From assembly GCA_043228905.1 (NCBI GenBank), contig JBHGNT010000015.1, forward strand, positions 17,670,001-17,734,000: 64,000 nucleotides of DNA, written 5' to 3'. Each line of letters starts with the position of its first letter. The first letter of the stretch is position 1. The stretch is from Azolla caroliniana (lineage: Eukaryota; Plantae; Polypodiophyta). The position numbers were made by a program, and so were the translations under genes. Shown here in pieces: positions 37,779-48,843 of this stretch. Below the pieces are notes generated by a model, which made no database searches, was not told the origin of the DNA, and saw only the letters and a list, made by a program, of their open reading frames with translations.

Positions 37779-40700
37779 TCTTGCACCCTCACATGCACCA
37801 TATGCATGGGGGCATCTATAAAAGAGTGGAGGAATCAAGCAAAAGGAGGGAGCTTTGTACTTTATATCAAAATTAATATTAAGAAGAAAATTCATTATCC
37901 AATTGATGTATTAATCTTGTTCTTCAAATCTAAAGTCAAGAGTATCAATCTTAATCTCTCTCAATCTAAAGTCAAGCGTTCTATCTTATTTCAATCTCTC
38001 CTTTCTCGCTAAAGCTAGTGCAACTTTGAATCCTTCCGGTCCAAAACCTCGGCAGTTCCGCCTCGCGATCCACACGTAGTGACGGATCTTGACGACAACG
38101 TTCCATCTTTCTTTTTGACAAATAGAATAGGAGAGCCAGCTGGAGATTTTGAGTGGTGAATGAATCCCTTTGCGAGATTCTCTTCAATGTATATTTTGAG
38201 GGTCTTGAGTTCAGGTTCAGATAACCCATAGATAGGGCCAAATGGAGGACAAGCACCATCTTTCAAGTCAATTGGACAATCGTATGGGCGATGTTCGGGT
38301 AGGCGATCAACATTTTTCTTCTCAAATACATCAGAGAAATCATTATATTTTGATGGAAAAGAGCTAGTCCATAGGGTAGTATCTGGAATGGACATGACCG
38401 CCATGTCCTTAGAATTAGAAATGGATGCAATAAGCATTGTATCGCTTACCCGAGCAAGAGTTGGAACTGTTTCCGAGGCCGACACGAGACTAACTATCGA
38501 TGTTGTTTCTATTGGAGCAACCGCTAACATGGTTCTCGTTGAAGAGGAAATGGGGGCGACCGATAACCTAGTCCTCACCGGAGCAGAAATGGGAGTTTCC
38601 CCTGAAACATGGGTGGGAGCGACCATTGACACGGTCCTCACTGGAGCAGAAACTGGACGGAGCAACCATTGATGTGGTTCTCACTGGAGCAGAAACGGGA
38701 GTTGTCCCCAAAACATGAGTGGGAGCAACCGTTGAGACGGTCCTCACCGGAGTAGGCAGCCAAACAAATGGCGGAGCATTGGCTCGAAGAAGGGTGGACG
38801 TAATACCTTGTGAGTGAAAATTCAAGGTGAAATTGATGGAGCAAGATCGCCAATCCACGACTGGATTGTGAGTTTCGAGCTATGATAACCCCAAGATGAT
38901 AGTATGTCGAGGTGATGAGATGAGGTTAAAAGTGATTTCTTCCTGGTGGGCTCCTATGTGGAGACCCAAGGGAATTGTTGTATTTGTGATGGCACCAAAA
39001 GAGTGCATTCGACTGTCGATCACATCAACTGGAATCGGGACGGTTAATTTGTTGCTTGGAATGTTGTGTTTTCGTGCAAACATGATGTCAATAAAGCACG
39101 ACGTAGCCCCAGAATCCAACAAAGCTTTTGTCTTTAGAGTGGTAGAGCCAAACTGAAGAGTGATCGGAATCGTGAAACTTGTTGTCGAGGAAGTCAGTTG
39201 ATTGGGCCCTTGACATAATTGTCGACTGTTGTGGTCCAGATGCATAGCCCCTATTGCAATTGGACATTGGAGTTTTCCTGTTGGCTAAAAATGTCAACCC
39301 CATCCACACGATGTGGTGTTTGACGGGGTCCCTTTTTTGGGCAAGAGAGGATCAAATGGTTAGGGCCGCCACAATAGAGACATAAATTGTTGGTCTGTCG
39401 ATGTTGTCGTTGCGCATTAGTCAATGGTCGATAGCAAATTTGATCGATCTCCATTGGCGAGCTAGAATCTATGGCGGGAGTTGAAGATGAAGTGGAGGAT
39501 GACATGGGAGGCGGTGTCGTCAACCATGGTAGGTGACTTCGCGTAGCGGCTAGCCAAGGTGGATGGATCCGGTGAGGACGTTCCTCTTGCCGGAACTCAA
39601 AGAGACAGTTATCGTAGTGCACAGCTTGGGAAATAGCCTCATTCAAAGATGTGGGCTCAGGAAAATTAAGTAAAAGATTTTTTATCTCACCTCATAATCC
39701 TCGGCGGAATTGATCGAGGAGGGGTTGTCCACCCCACTCGACATCGCACGCAAGCTGACGAAATTCGGATGCATAGATTGATGTTGCACGATCACCTTGT
39801 TGTAACGCATATAGTTTGTTGAGTGCAGCTCATCGTTTGTCGGTCTCCCCAAAAGTTGCCTCAAATTCGGTAAGAAATGCTTGGAAATCATTCAAGAGAG
39901 GTGAAGAGGTCTCCACTAGAGGGGCAAACCAAGCTTGTGCTTGTCCTGTCAGCAACGTGTTGATGAGCCCAACTTGTCGAAAGCCATCAGAATAGCGTCG
40001 GGGCTGAAGAAGAATAATAAGGCGGATTTGGTTGATAAAACCTCTAAGCCGTGACCTTGTTCCATCGAATTTGTCTAGCAAGATGACATTGGGTTCTACA
40101 GCATAAGGGTCAACAATTGGGTGAGGTATAACCGGTGTGGCTGCCTGAAGTTCTTGAATAGAGTTTCGCAAGTTCACATTTTCATGTTGGAGTTGTTGCA
40201 CAACCACCAAAATTTGCTCAAGATTACTAGATGATTCTGACATGATAGTGTATTGAGAAAGAAGGAAAGAAGGAGATCAATCTATCACAGATGAACAATT
40301 GGGGGTAAAGAGATGGGGAAGTTGATGAGATAGGGAGATCAAGAAGTTGATGACAATGAGTAAAAATATCGATTCCATGACTGGTGTTGATCTCCTTAAT
40401 GTTAACAAGGGAGATCAACCCTTTTTATACATGTAGTGATGCCTGATAAGCATGCTCATGCCAAGTCTTACATACTATAATATCAAGCGTACTAATTCTT
40501 GCATGCCAAGTCTTACATACTGAGTCTTACATACTGGGTCTTACATACTAGGTCTTACATACCACTCTTTATACAAAGGTTTGAAGTCTAAAGTTTTTCT
40601 AGGAGAAATATATGTACAAGGGCCTAAGGTTCACATTTGAGTCGATGTTCATGACACCATTACTTCCTAGGCATTGAAGTAACTCGAACACAAGTCAGAA

Positions 40701-41784
40701 TAATGATATCCCGATGGCACTACGTCCTCAACTTACTCTACAAGTTCGGAATGACGGAGTGCAAACCTGTGTCTACCCCTCTCGATCGTAATTTCAAGAT
40801 CGATGCAAACTCCGGCACGGCCGAGAACAAGCCGACTCAGTATCATCAACTGATCAATAGCTTAATTTATCTAACCATCACGCAACCCGACCTCAATTAT
40901 TCGGTCGGCCTGCTTAGTCAATTTATGCAAAATCCGCGAAATCTTCATCTGGATTGCGCTAGGAGGATACTTCGGTATGTCAGCACGACGATGGAGTACG
41001 ACATCATGTATAAGTCGAATACGATCATTCGACTCGAAGGGTATACAGACACAGACTTGGCAAGATACAAAGCAGATAGACGATCCACATCCGGAGTGGA
41101 GCGATCTCCTAGAGCAATAAGAAGCAACCGACAGTCGCATTGTCAAGCACGGAGGCCGAATACAAGGGCGCGGCGGTCTCCGCATACGAAGCTGTATGGC
41201 TCAAGCGTATACTGAAGGAGTTGGGTGTACTCATGAAAGATCCAATTCGTCTATACTGCAACAACATGAGCAATATCTACCTGGCACGGAACCTCGTATT
41301 CCACGTGTGGGCTAAGCTCATCGAAGTACAGTATCATTTCATACGCGAACGGATACAAGCCGGAGATATCGATTTACAACATATCAGTACGCACCTCCAA
41401 GTTACTGACATTTTCACGAAAGCCCTTAGTATCGACAAGTTATGGCAATTCACGTCGAACCTTGGCTTATCTCTTCCCGACCAGCCGAGCTTGAGGGGGA
41501 GTACAGAACAATGAAGCCGAACAAGGAGTACGCAAGCGTTCCGAAGACCGATATCCGAAAGTTGTGTTCGAAAGGGTGTGTTGAGAATCGAACTCAACTT
41601 CCTATAGAAATAGGTTTCTCACTAGCTCATGGAAATATCGGGCTAGTTTTGTAAATAGTAGAAAAGGGCCCTTCCCTACTTTAGTTGGTATTTAAACCAA
41701 CCCTTTGTAACCTTGTTACTATTGGAAGTATTTTGGTTGGATGTAATATATAGTTATCTCTCTCTCTCTATTTTGCCTTACGTG

Positions 41785-41852
<68 letters not shown>

Positions 41853-42121
41853 CCTTCCACTGCATCTCCACCACTCTTGCTCCTCATCCTCTTTACAATC
41901 TTATTGTGGATTTTTAATGTGAAGCCTTCCTACTTCATGACACCATGGCATCGTGTTGCTACAAAGCACCATAAATTCGTATCTATCCCTAGCTTACACA
42001 ATGGGGCATGTGGGTCCCCTAGGGCAATTCACACGTGCCTGCATTGTCTACTTGTTAAAATTTTCTCTACTTATACATATATGGGGTGTTTATTTCTTGA
42101 TTGTATATGTGATATGCACAC

Positions 42122-42124
<3 letters not shown>

Positions 42125-42201
<77 letters not shown>
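42125..42201. repeat. (CA)n microsatellite. Other long ones at ~3079-3123, 9186-9223 (GA), 25030-25072 and 41788-41850
   Basis: Direct observation. Confidence 0.95.
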
Positions 42202-42203
<2 letters not shown>

Positions 42204-42301
42204 CCCTAGTTCACACTAGTGTTTTTTCCCCCGATTTGATACATCGTATGTATGTTAGCATTTTATTTATTGGTTGATATGTGATATATATATATATATA
42301 T

Positions 42302-42357
42302 TGTAAAGAAACAAGAGTGATTCTATGCAACAGAAGAACTATGTGTGTGTGTGTGTG

Positions 42358-42390
<33 letters not shown>

Positions 42391-43798
42391 CAAGATTACA
42401 GAAAAAGAAAAAAATGTATTACAAGAAGCAAGAATAAGCCAACAATCAGAAAGAGAAGGAGAAGGTGCTTATGTAGTCACCTTCTCTCTAGATTCTCTCA
42501 GTAGAGTCACATCTTGGGAAAGAGGTCGAGTCTTAACTACTTAAAGAATATGTGTCATAGGATATTAACTTCTATGACACGCTAGTTATTATACAAGGAG
42601 GTGGGGTGGTCACACATTTGAGTATCCTAGAGTGTGTTCCCACACACAGGAAGTTGAGTTTGATTCTCAACACTCCCCTTCAAACACAACTTTCGGTCAT
42701 CGGATGGTTGGTTAGGGTTGGTCTTTGGGTTGGCTTTGAGTCGACTCTGGCATCGGCTTCGAATGGCCAGTTCACTCATGTTGCTCCTACTCCTTACTCT
42801 CCTCAAGCTCGGATGGTTAACAGTCGAAAAACTCAGGTTCGTCATGAACTGCCACAACTTGTCTACTCCTAGGGCCTTGGTGAAGATGTTGGTTGTCTGC
42901 AGGTTCTTGCTGATGTGTTGCACGTCGACATCCCCGACTAGAACACGTTCTCAGATGAAGTGACAATGCACTTCATGCTTGGTTCAAGTGTGGAAAACTG
43001 GGCTCCAAGCTAGGTGAATACTGCTCATATTGTCACAGTAGAGGAGAATCAAATCTGACATGGGAATGCCCAGATCCTTCGATATTCAGTTTAGCCAAAC
43101 GACTTCACATGCGGTAACTGTCGCGCCCCTGTATTCAGCCTCTGTGCTTGATAGTGCGACTATTGGTTGCTTTTTGTTGTTCCAGGAGATCGCTCCGCTG
43201 TTGAGGGAGAAGAAGAACCCTGAGGTTGATCTTCTATCGGCTTTGTGGCCAGCCCAATTGGCATCTGTGTACCATTCGAGTCGTATCGACGTGGCCGATT
43301 TGTAGAGGATGTCGTAAGCCATAGTCCCATTCACATATCTTAGCACTCGCTTAGCATAGTTAAGATGGATGTCTTGCGGAGTTTGCATGAACCAGCTAAG
43401 GAGGCCAACCGGGCAACTTAGGTCGGGTCGGGTAATTGTGAGGTAGATTAGGCTTCCGAACACCTCACGATAAAAGGTCGACTCACACTCTCTTGTGCCT
43501 GAGTCAGCATCTAGCTTTAGATTTTGATCGAGAGGGGCAGTGATGGGCTTACACTGTGTCATCCCAAACTTGGTAAAGAAGGTTCAAGATATAGTGCCTT
43601 TGAGAAAGCATGATGCCGTCAGGAGTCCGAATTACTTCTATTGCTAAAAAGTAATGAAGTTCCTTCATGTCTTTCATTTCGAATCGGTTGGAGAGGAGCT
43701 TCTTGATGTGCTCAATATCTGCTGCTCTCCTCCTATGACCAAGTCATCCACATAAATGATGATAAATAACTGTCCTCTGGAGTCGCTCCAGATGTGTT
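42302..43798 (-). mobile_element. 3' remnant of a Ty1/copia element (RT/RNase H plus 3' LTR 42302-42672)
   Basis: IIIYVDDLVI, GSLIYLTITRPDL, DRRSTSG, SSTEAEYR. PPT at 42673-42681. LTR ends resemble the 28089 family (minus strand TGTTGAGAATC...TCTTTACA). Confidence 0.85.
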
Positions 43799-43869
43799 GG
43801 CATAAAATGCCGACTCCTTCCAATTTGTATCCGTCCGAGTGTGAACTCGTCCACATAGTTAGACGCCAT

Positions 43870-45097
43870 GGTTGACATGTTGTTGAGGGCAAGATTCGAA
43901 AATGGAAGCGACATGGTTTCGGATGATGAAGATGTCGCCCTCGACTTCTTCAAGATGGCTTGATTATCGGCGGAAGACCAGGACACGCAAACCCTCCATG
44001 CCTTCAACGAGAACGAGTACGAAGGAGAGTGGTTACTCATCGGTAGATTCCTAAGAACATTGACGGTAGATGCTTCGTTGACAAAGGAGGAGGCCCTACG
44101 AATCCAAAATAAAGCTTACCGATACTTCTTGAAGGGAGGATTCCTTTGGCGACATCCAAAAAGAAGGACAGGAATACCACGTCGAGTGGTGCTGAAGAAA
44201 GAAGAGCAAGAGACGCTGATGACCGAATTCCACGAGAGTGCTTGGGCAGGTCATAGAGGAACATGGGCAACGTTCGAAAAGTTAAAGGAGAAGTATTGGT
44301 GGCCAAGCATGTACAAAGATGTACTCCATTTTGTGTCCACATGCGAAACTTGCCAAATATATTCAAATATATGTCATCGTGATGAGTTACAGCCGACATA
44401 CCCACTCATCATACACTTCAAATGGATGGTGGATTTGGTCTCGATGCCAATGGGAGTGGGACAAATGAAGTACTTAGAGCTAGCAAGGGAAGACTTGACA
44501 AATCAAGTGGAAGGACGAGCCTTGACAAATAAGACGACTTCAGCCTTCTACAAATTTCTGCTTGAAGAGATTGTTTGCCGATACAGATGTGCGGGGAAGA
44601 TAGTGGCGGACTGAGGGGAGTTGAATGCGCACGAAGCGACGGAGCTCTTCGAACGACTAGGCATGAAGCTCTCCCTCACGACTGCCTACAATCCGGAAGC
44701 GAATGGAAAGATCGAGTGAGGGCATGGACCTATCGTTAAAGCCATCGTACGGGCATGCAACGGTCGAGTCGGGAATTGGCCACAACTATTACCCTATGCC
44801 TTGTGGGCCGATAGAACGACACATAGCTCGGTGACAGGGTATATGCCGACGGAGCTTATGTATGGACAAAAGCCGGTTATGCCCATCGAAAGGAAGATCA
44901 CCTCATGGGTAGCGATACCATGGGAGAACGAGATGAGCTGAGAAGATTTATTAGCGGCGAGGAAGAAGACCTGAAGATCTAGAAAAAGCGCGAAAGATGA
45001 TGGAGGCAGCCCGAGTAAAGAACAAAGTTCAGTTTGACAACACGCATCGACTTCGTCCCAAGAAGATTGAAGAAGGAGATTGGGTTTTGGTTTACGA
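43870..45097 (+). mobile_element. Non-chromovirus Ty3/gypsy RNase H end plus integrase remnant
   Basis: EFHESAWAGHRG...YWWPSMYKDV..CETCQ zinc finger, TTAYNPEANG core, ending KIEEGDWVLVYD where the next LTR inserts. Confidence 0.85.
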
Positions 45098-46193
45098 TGT
45101 CGTGAAGATTTTCGGCAATAGTGTGAAAATCCCATAAAACGTACGAAATCGAGTATGAATCACATAATACAATAATTGTAAAGATAACATTTTAAATAAA
45201 TTTAATATCTAAGTACAAAATGATGGAGGTTTCGAATGCACTTTATTACACGAGAAACAGACAACTAAATGTCAAGATATGAGGGTATAAAGTTTGTGAA
45301 AGGAAAAGAGAAAACTGTGAGATATCCCACATAGGCACGACAAATACGGCTCTAATCATATATAAGGTAGAGCAAAAGATATTATCTTTGTGTCTATGTG
45401 TGGAGCATAGAGAGTTCAAGGTAACTTGAACTAAGAGTGGAGGTGGGCTAACTACTCGTAAAGGGTTTTGGCCAACCAAAACCGGATCGGCGATGGAACC
45501 GGTATCCGGCGGCAGCACCGGTATCCGGCGCCGGTGAGACGACGGCATCCGGCGAGGCACCGGTAACCGACGGCATCCGGCGAACCGGCGTCCGACGACT
45601 AGATAAATAAATATATAAATATATATACATATTTACATATACAAGGAGGGCAAGTAAAGATTCGAACCTTGCACATCCAAGTTAGGAGTCAATTGGCTTA
45701 CCATTAAGCCATGCTATTTAGTTGAAATTATATTTCTATCATTGTACTTTTACATGTAAATTCTCATACATGAGAGCTAAAATGAGTGACATGGTTATCA
45801 CGCACCACATGTAACACGTAAGCGCCAAATGGCAAACATGCAATTTATGCATGTCTTGTACCCTCACATGCATCATATGCATGAGAGCATCTATAAAAGA
45901 AGGAAGGGGGAGGAGAAAAAACACGGTTTTTTTTTATGAAAATTAAGAGGAAGAAATTCGTTATCAAATTGAACGTGTAACTTGTTTCTTAAATCTAAAG
46001 TTAAAAGTTCAATCAATCTCTCTTAATCGTGTGATCTCAACTTCTCTCTTTCCCAATTTATCTTAAGTACTTTCTCGCTAAAGCTTGCGCCAAAGCTTGT
46101 ACCGACTTTGAATCCTTCCGGTCCAGAACCCTGGTAGTTCCGCCTCACGATCCGCACGTAGTTCCGCCTCAGGATCTTCACGACATAATTAAG

Positions 46194-46210
46194 TGGTGAA
46201 CCCGACGTGA
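46194..46210 (+). promoter_or_regulatory. Primer-binding site complementary to the tRNA-Trp 3' end
   Basis: TGGTGAACCCGACGTGA is the reverse complement of ...TCACGTCGGGTTCACCA, as I recall the 3' end of plant cytosolic tRNA-Trp(CCA). Confidence 0.8.
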
Positions 46211-48843
46211 AAGAGGCGGTAGGAAGTATCAAGTCGAGATTAATACTTGGAGATGGCGTCCTCAAGCAACCAAGCGGGAGAGCTCGAAAGGATGATGCTA
46301 ATCGTCGAGCAAATGATGAGATCTCGGGACAATGACGCGAGTGTGGAGAAGGCTGTCGATTGTGTCGTAGAGCTCGAGGGCCAATTCGATGGAAGGAATG
46401 TCACGAAGTTCCTTGATGCATATAGAAGGGAGATGAATCAGAGGGACGTGTCTGAGGCACGTCAAATTGCAATCTTCAAGAGAGTTGTCGCCAACAACAT
46501 CCAAAGACGCGTCATCGAGCTTCAAGAAGGTAAGACAACATGGTCCAAGTTTGAGAAAATGATACTAGCGGAGTTCGTGACTGAAGACTTGTTGAGCGGC
46601 AAGCTCAACCGGAGCCGGATCGGCTGAATAAGCCAGAGCCGGTAAGCGAGACGGATCGGGCGAAACGGATCGGTATGACGGTGAGCAACCGAACTGGCAA
46701 GCAGTGGAGGCCGGGTGCAATCCGTAACCGGCAGTCCAATCGGAAGCCTAGTATAGGATAGACTACTAGGTAGCTATAGTCTCGTAGTAAGTGTCAGATG
46801 CTCGTGTGAGCATTGAAGTACATGGAACTTCTGTCAGTCCCAAGAGGACTTGTATAAATAGTGCTACTTAGCACAGTGTGTATACAGAGTCTTGATATAA
46901 TTTTGAAATTGTGTTCTGCTCTCTCACTCTGTCTCTCTCTCTGTCTCTCTCTCTCTGTGTGTGTTGTATCAGAGCGCGAGGGTTGAGAACCTCTGCTGCA
47001 GACATTTACTCTTGAGAAGAAAACCCTAACAGGTCGAAAACAGACACAGTAGAAGACATGGATAGAGGCATGGCTACGTCGCTCCCGATGGAGAAGCTCG
47101 ACAGGAGCCTCTACGCATCCTGGTCTTACAAGATGCACCAGTACCTGCTTGGACACGGGTACTGGAGTTATGTCGAAGGAGCAAATGATGCGACGCCCGA
47201 CTCGGCACACAAGGACTTCCCGGTATGGGAACAAGCGGCAAGCAGGGTGATGTACTGTTTCGCGTCCAGTGTCGGTGATCAGCTGCTCAGCCACATCCGT
47301 GACGCCAAGACACCGAAGGATGCTTGGGGGAACCTGAAAAAGGTTTTCGCCGCAAGCACCACTGCCCGGAAGCTGCAACTCAGACAGGAGTTGAGCAATG
47401 TTCGACAGAAGAACATGTCCGTGGCAGACTACACGGGCCGGATAAAGGAGATCTGCGACTCGCTCGCCTCTATCAATATTACCGTAGAGGAAGACAAGAT
47501 GGTGCAAGTATGTCTCGGAGGCCTGGCGTCCAAGTTCGGAGCGTTCCGGACTGCGGTGTGTACAAGGGAGAATACCCCCTCATTCTTCGATTTATAGTCG
47601 ATGCTCCTTGTAGAGGAGAACCACGCCGGTGCATCTACCAGTGCATCCCCGGACAACCGAATGTTGTACATGGGAACGGATCGGCTCCGTGGGCGTGGTG
47701 GAAGAGGTGGGTCTGCACGCAATGGAGGCGGCCGGCAAGAGCAGGAACGGAGGCACTATGAGCGTGCCGACAGCAGTTCCGGGACTTCCACAAGCAGGGG
47801 GAGTCAAGGCGGTGCCGGAGGCCGGCAAGACAAATCCGCTACGGAATGCTGGTACTGTGGCAAAAAAGGCCACACGGAAAGCGAGTGCTGGAGAAAGCGT
47901 GCCGATTCAGACAAATCCGGATTCGTCAAGACCGGTAAGGATGGCCGGCAAAACTCGCACTATGCAAATGGATCGAGAGGATCCGGAACCGAAAAGGCCG
48001 GTAAGGGGCCAGCCTTGGTGATGAATCACAAGGAAAACTCAATGAAGAAGACCACTTCCAAAACGGAGGAAGTGTGGTATGTTGATTCCGGCGCGTCGAA
48101 CCACATGACGAGCCACAAAGAGTGGTTCTCCTTTCTAGAGAAACCGGATCAACCAGGAGTAGTCGAAACCAGAGACAACACTCCTCACCCAATCGTGCAC
48201 GTCGGAGAAGTCCCTCTAAGCCACGTCGGACAGAAAGGGAAGCTGATGAACGTATTACACGTTCCGACAATCACGAAGAACCTGGTGTCCGTCGGTCAGA
48301 TTGTCGACCAGGGGATACATGTGCGATTTACGCACCTCGGGTGCTTCATTGAGGATGAGGGCGAAGTCATTGCGCAAGGGCGCAGAGACGGGAGGATGTT
48401 TATCCTCAACACCAATGACTTTGGCACCGCTCTGTTCACGGAACGACAGAAGGTCGAGTCGGACATCGACCTGTGGCACAAGCGGATAGGCCACGTCAAC
48501 TACCGGAGGCTTCAAGACCTGCAAACGAAACAAGTCGTGTTCGGTTTGCCGAAGTTCAGCGGCCGGAGAGCCGAAATTTGTGAAGCCTGCCAACTTGGGA
48601 AGCAACACCAGCTTCCATTCCCCACCGAACGGAATCGGAGCCGTAACAAGCTCGATCTCATCCATTCGGATGTGTGGGGACCGACACAAAGTGTAAGCCT
48701 TGGCGGGAGCCGATACTTCGTCTCCTTCATCGACGACTATACTCGACATACTTCGATCTACCTCATTGAGCGGAAGAGCGAAGTCTTCGACTGTTTCCGG
48801 AGCCTCCAGAAGATGGTGGAACGGGAATCAGAGAGGAAGATCA

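Larger units (their letters stand above)
35325..38097 (+). mobile_element. Internally deleted tRNA-Trp-family gypsy element: first 85 bp of 5' LTR, 3' internal region, PPT and full 3' LTR (36756-38097). 4-bp TSD ACGT
   Basis: The LTR start TGTCGTGAAGATTTTC...ACATGAAACAA occurs at both 35325 and 36756. PPT-like GGTGGGGGTGGA at 36744-36755. Removing the insert plus one ACGT restores host [16 protein letters not shown]. Confidence 0.85.
32216..40656 (-). mobile_element. Ty3/gypsy chromovirus (Tcn1/Tf1-like), degenerate. LTRs 32216-32617 and 40283-40656, TSD CCATT, inserted in Copia RT
   Basis: CCATT at 32211-32215 and 40657-40661. Gag from 40243 (DKFDGTRSRLRGF, CLYCGGPNHLILSC), protease LLDSGA, RT YLDD, RNase H TDASD, integrase HDDALARHFG/CDTC, GPY/F and chromodomain (EYEVETILDS). 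PPT adjacent to 32617. No tRNA-type PBS. Confidence 0.95.
28089..41897 (+). mobile_element. Full-length but degenerate Ty1/copia retrotransposon interrupted by nested insertions. LTRs 28089-28390 and 41579-41897, TSD ATCTT
   Basis: TG...CA LTR pair, ATCTT on both flanks, PBS TGGTATCAAAGC (tRNA-iMet) at 28391. Fragmented gag (EKLDRTNFESW), protease (WFVDSGASNHM), GAG-pre/INT (LWHKRIGH, CEAC), RT (KARLVAKGY, QMDVKNAFL, YVDD) and RNase H (STEAEY), with stops and frameshifts. Confidence 0.95.
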
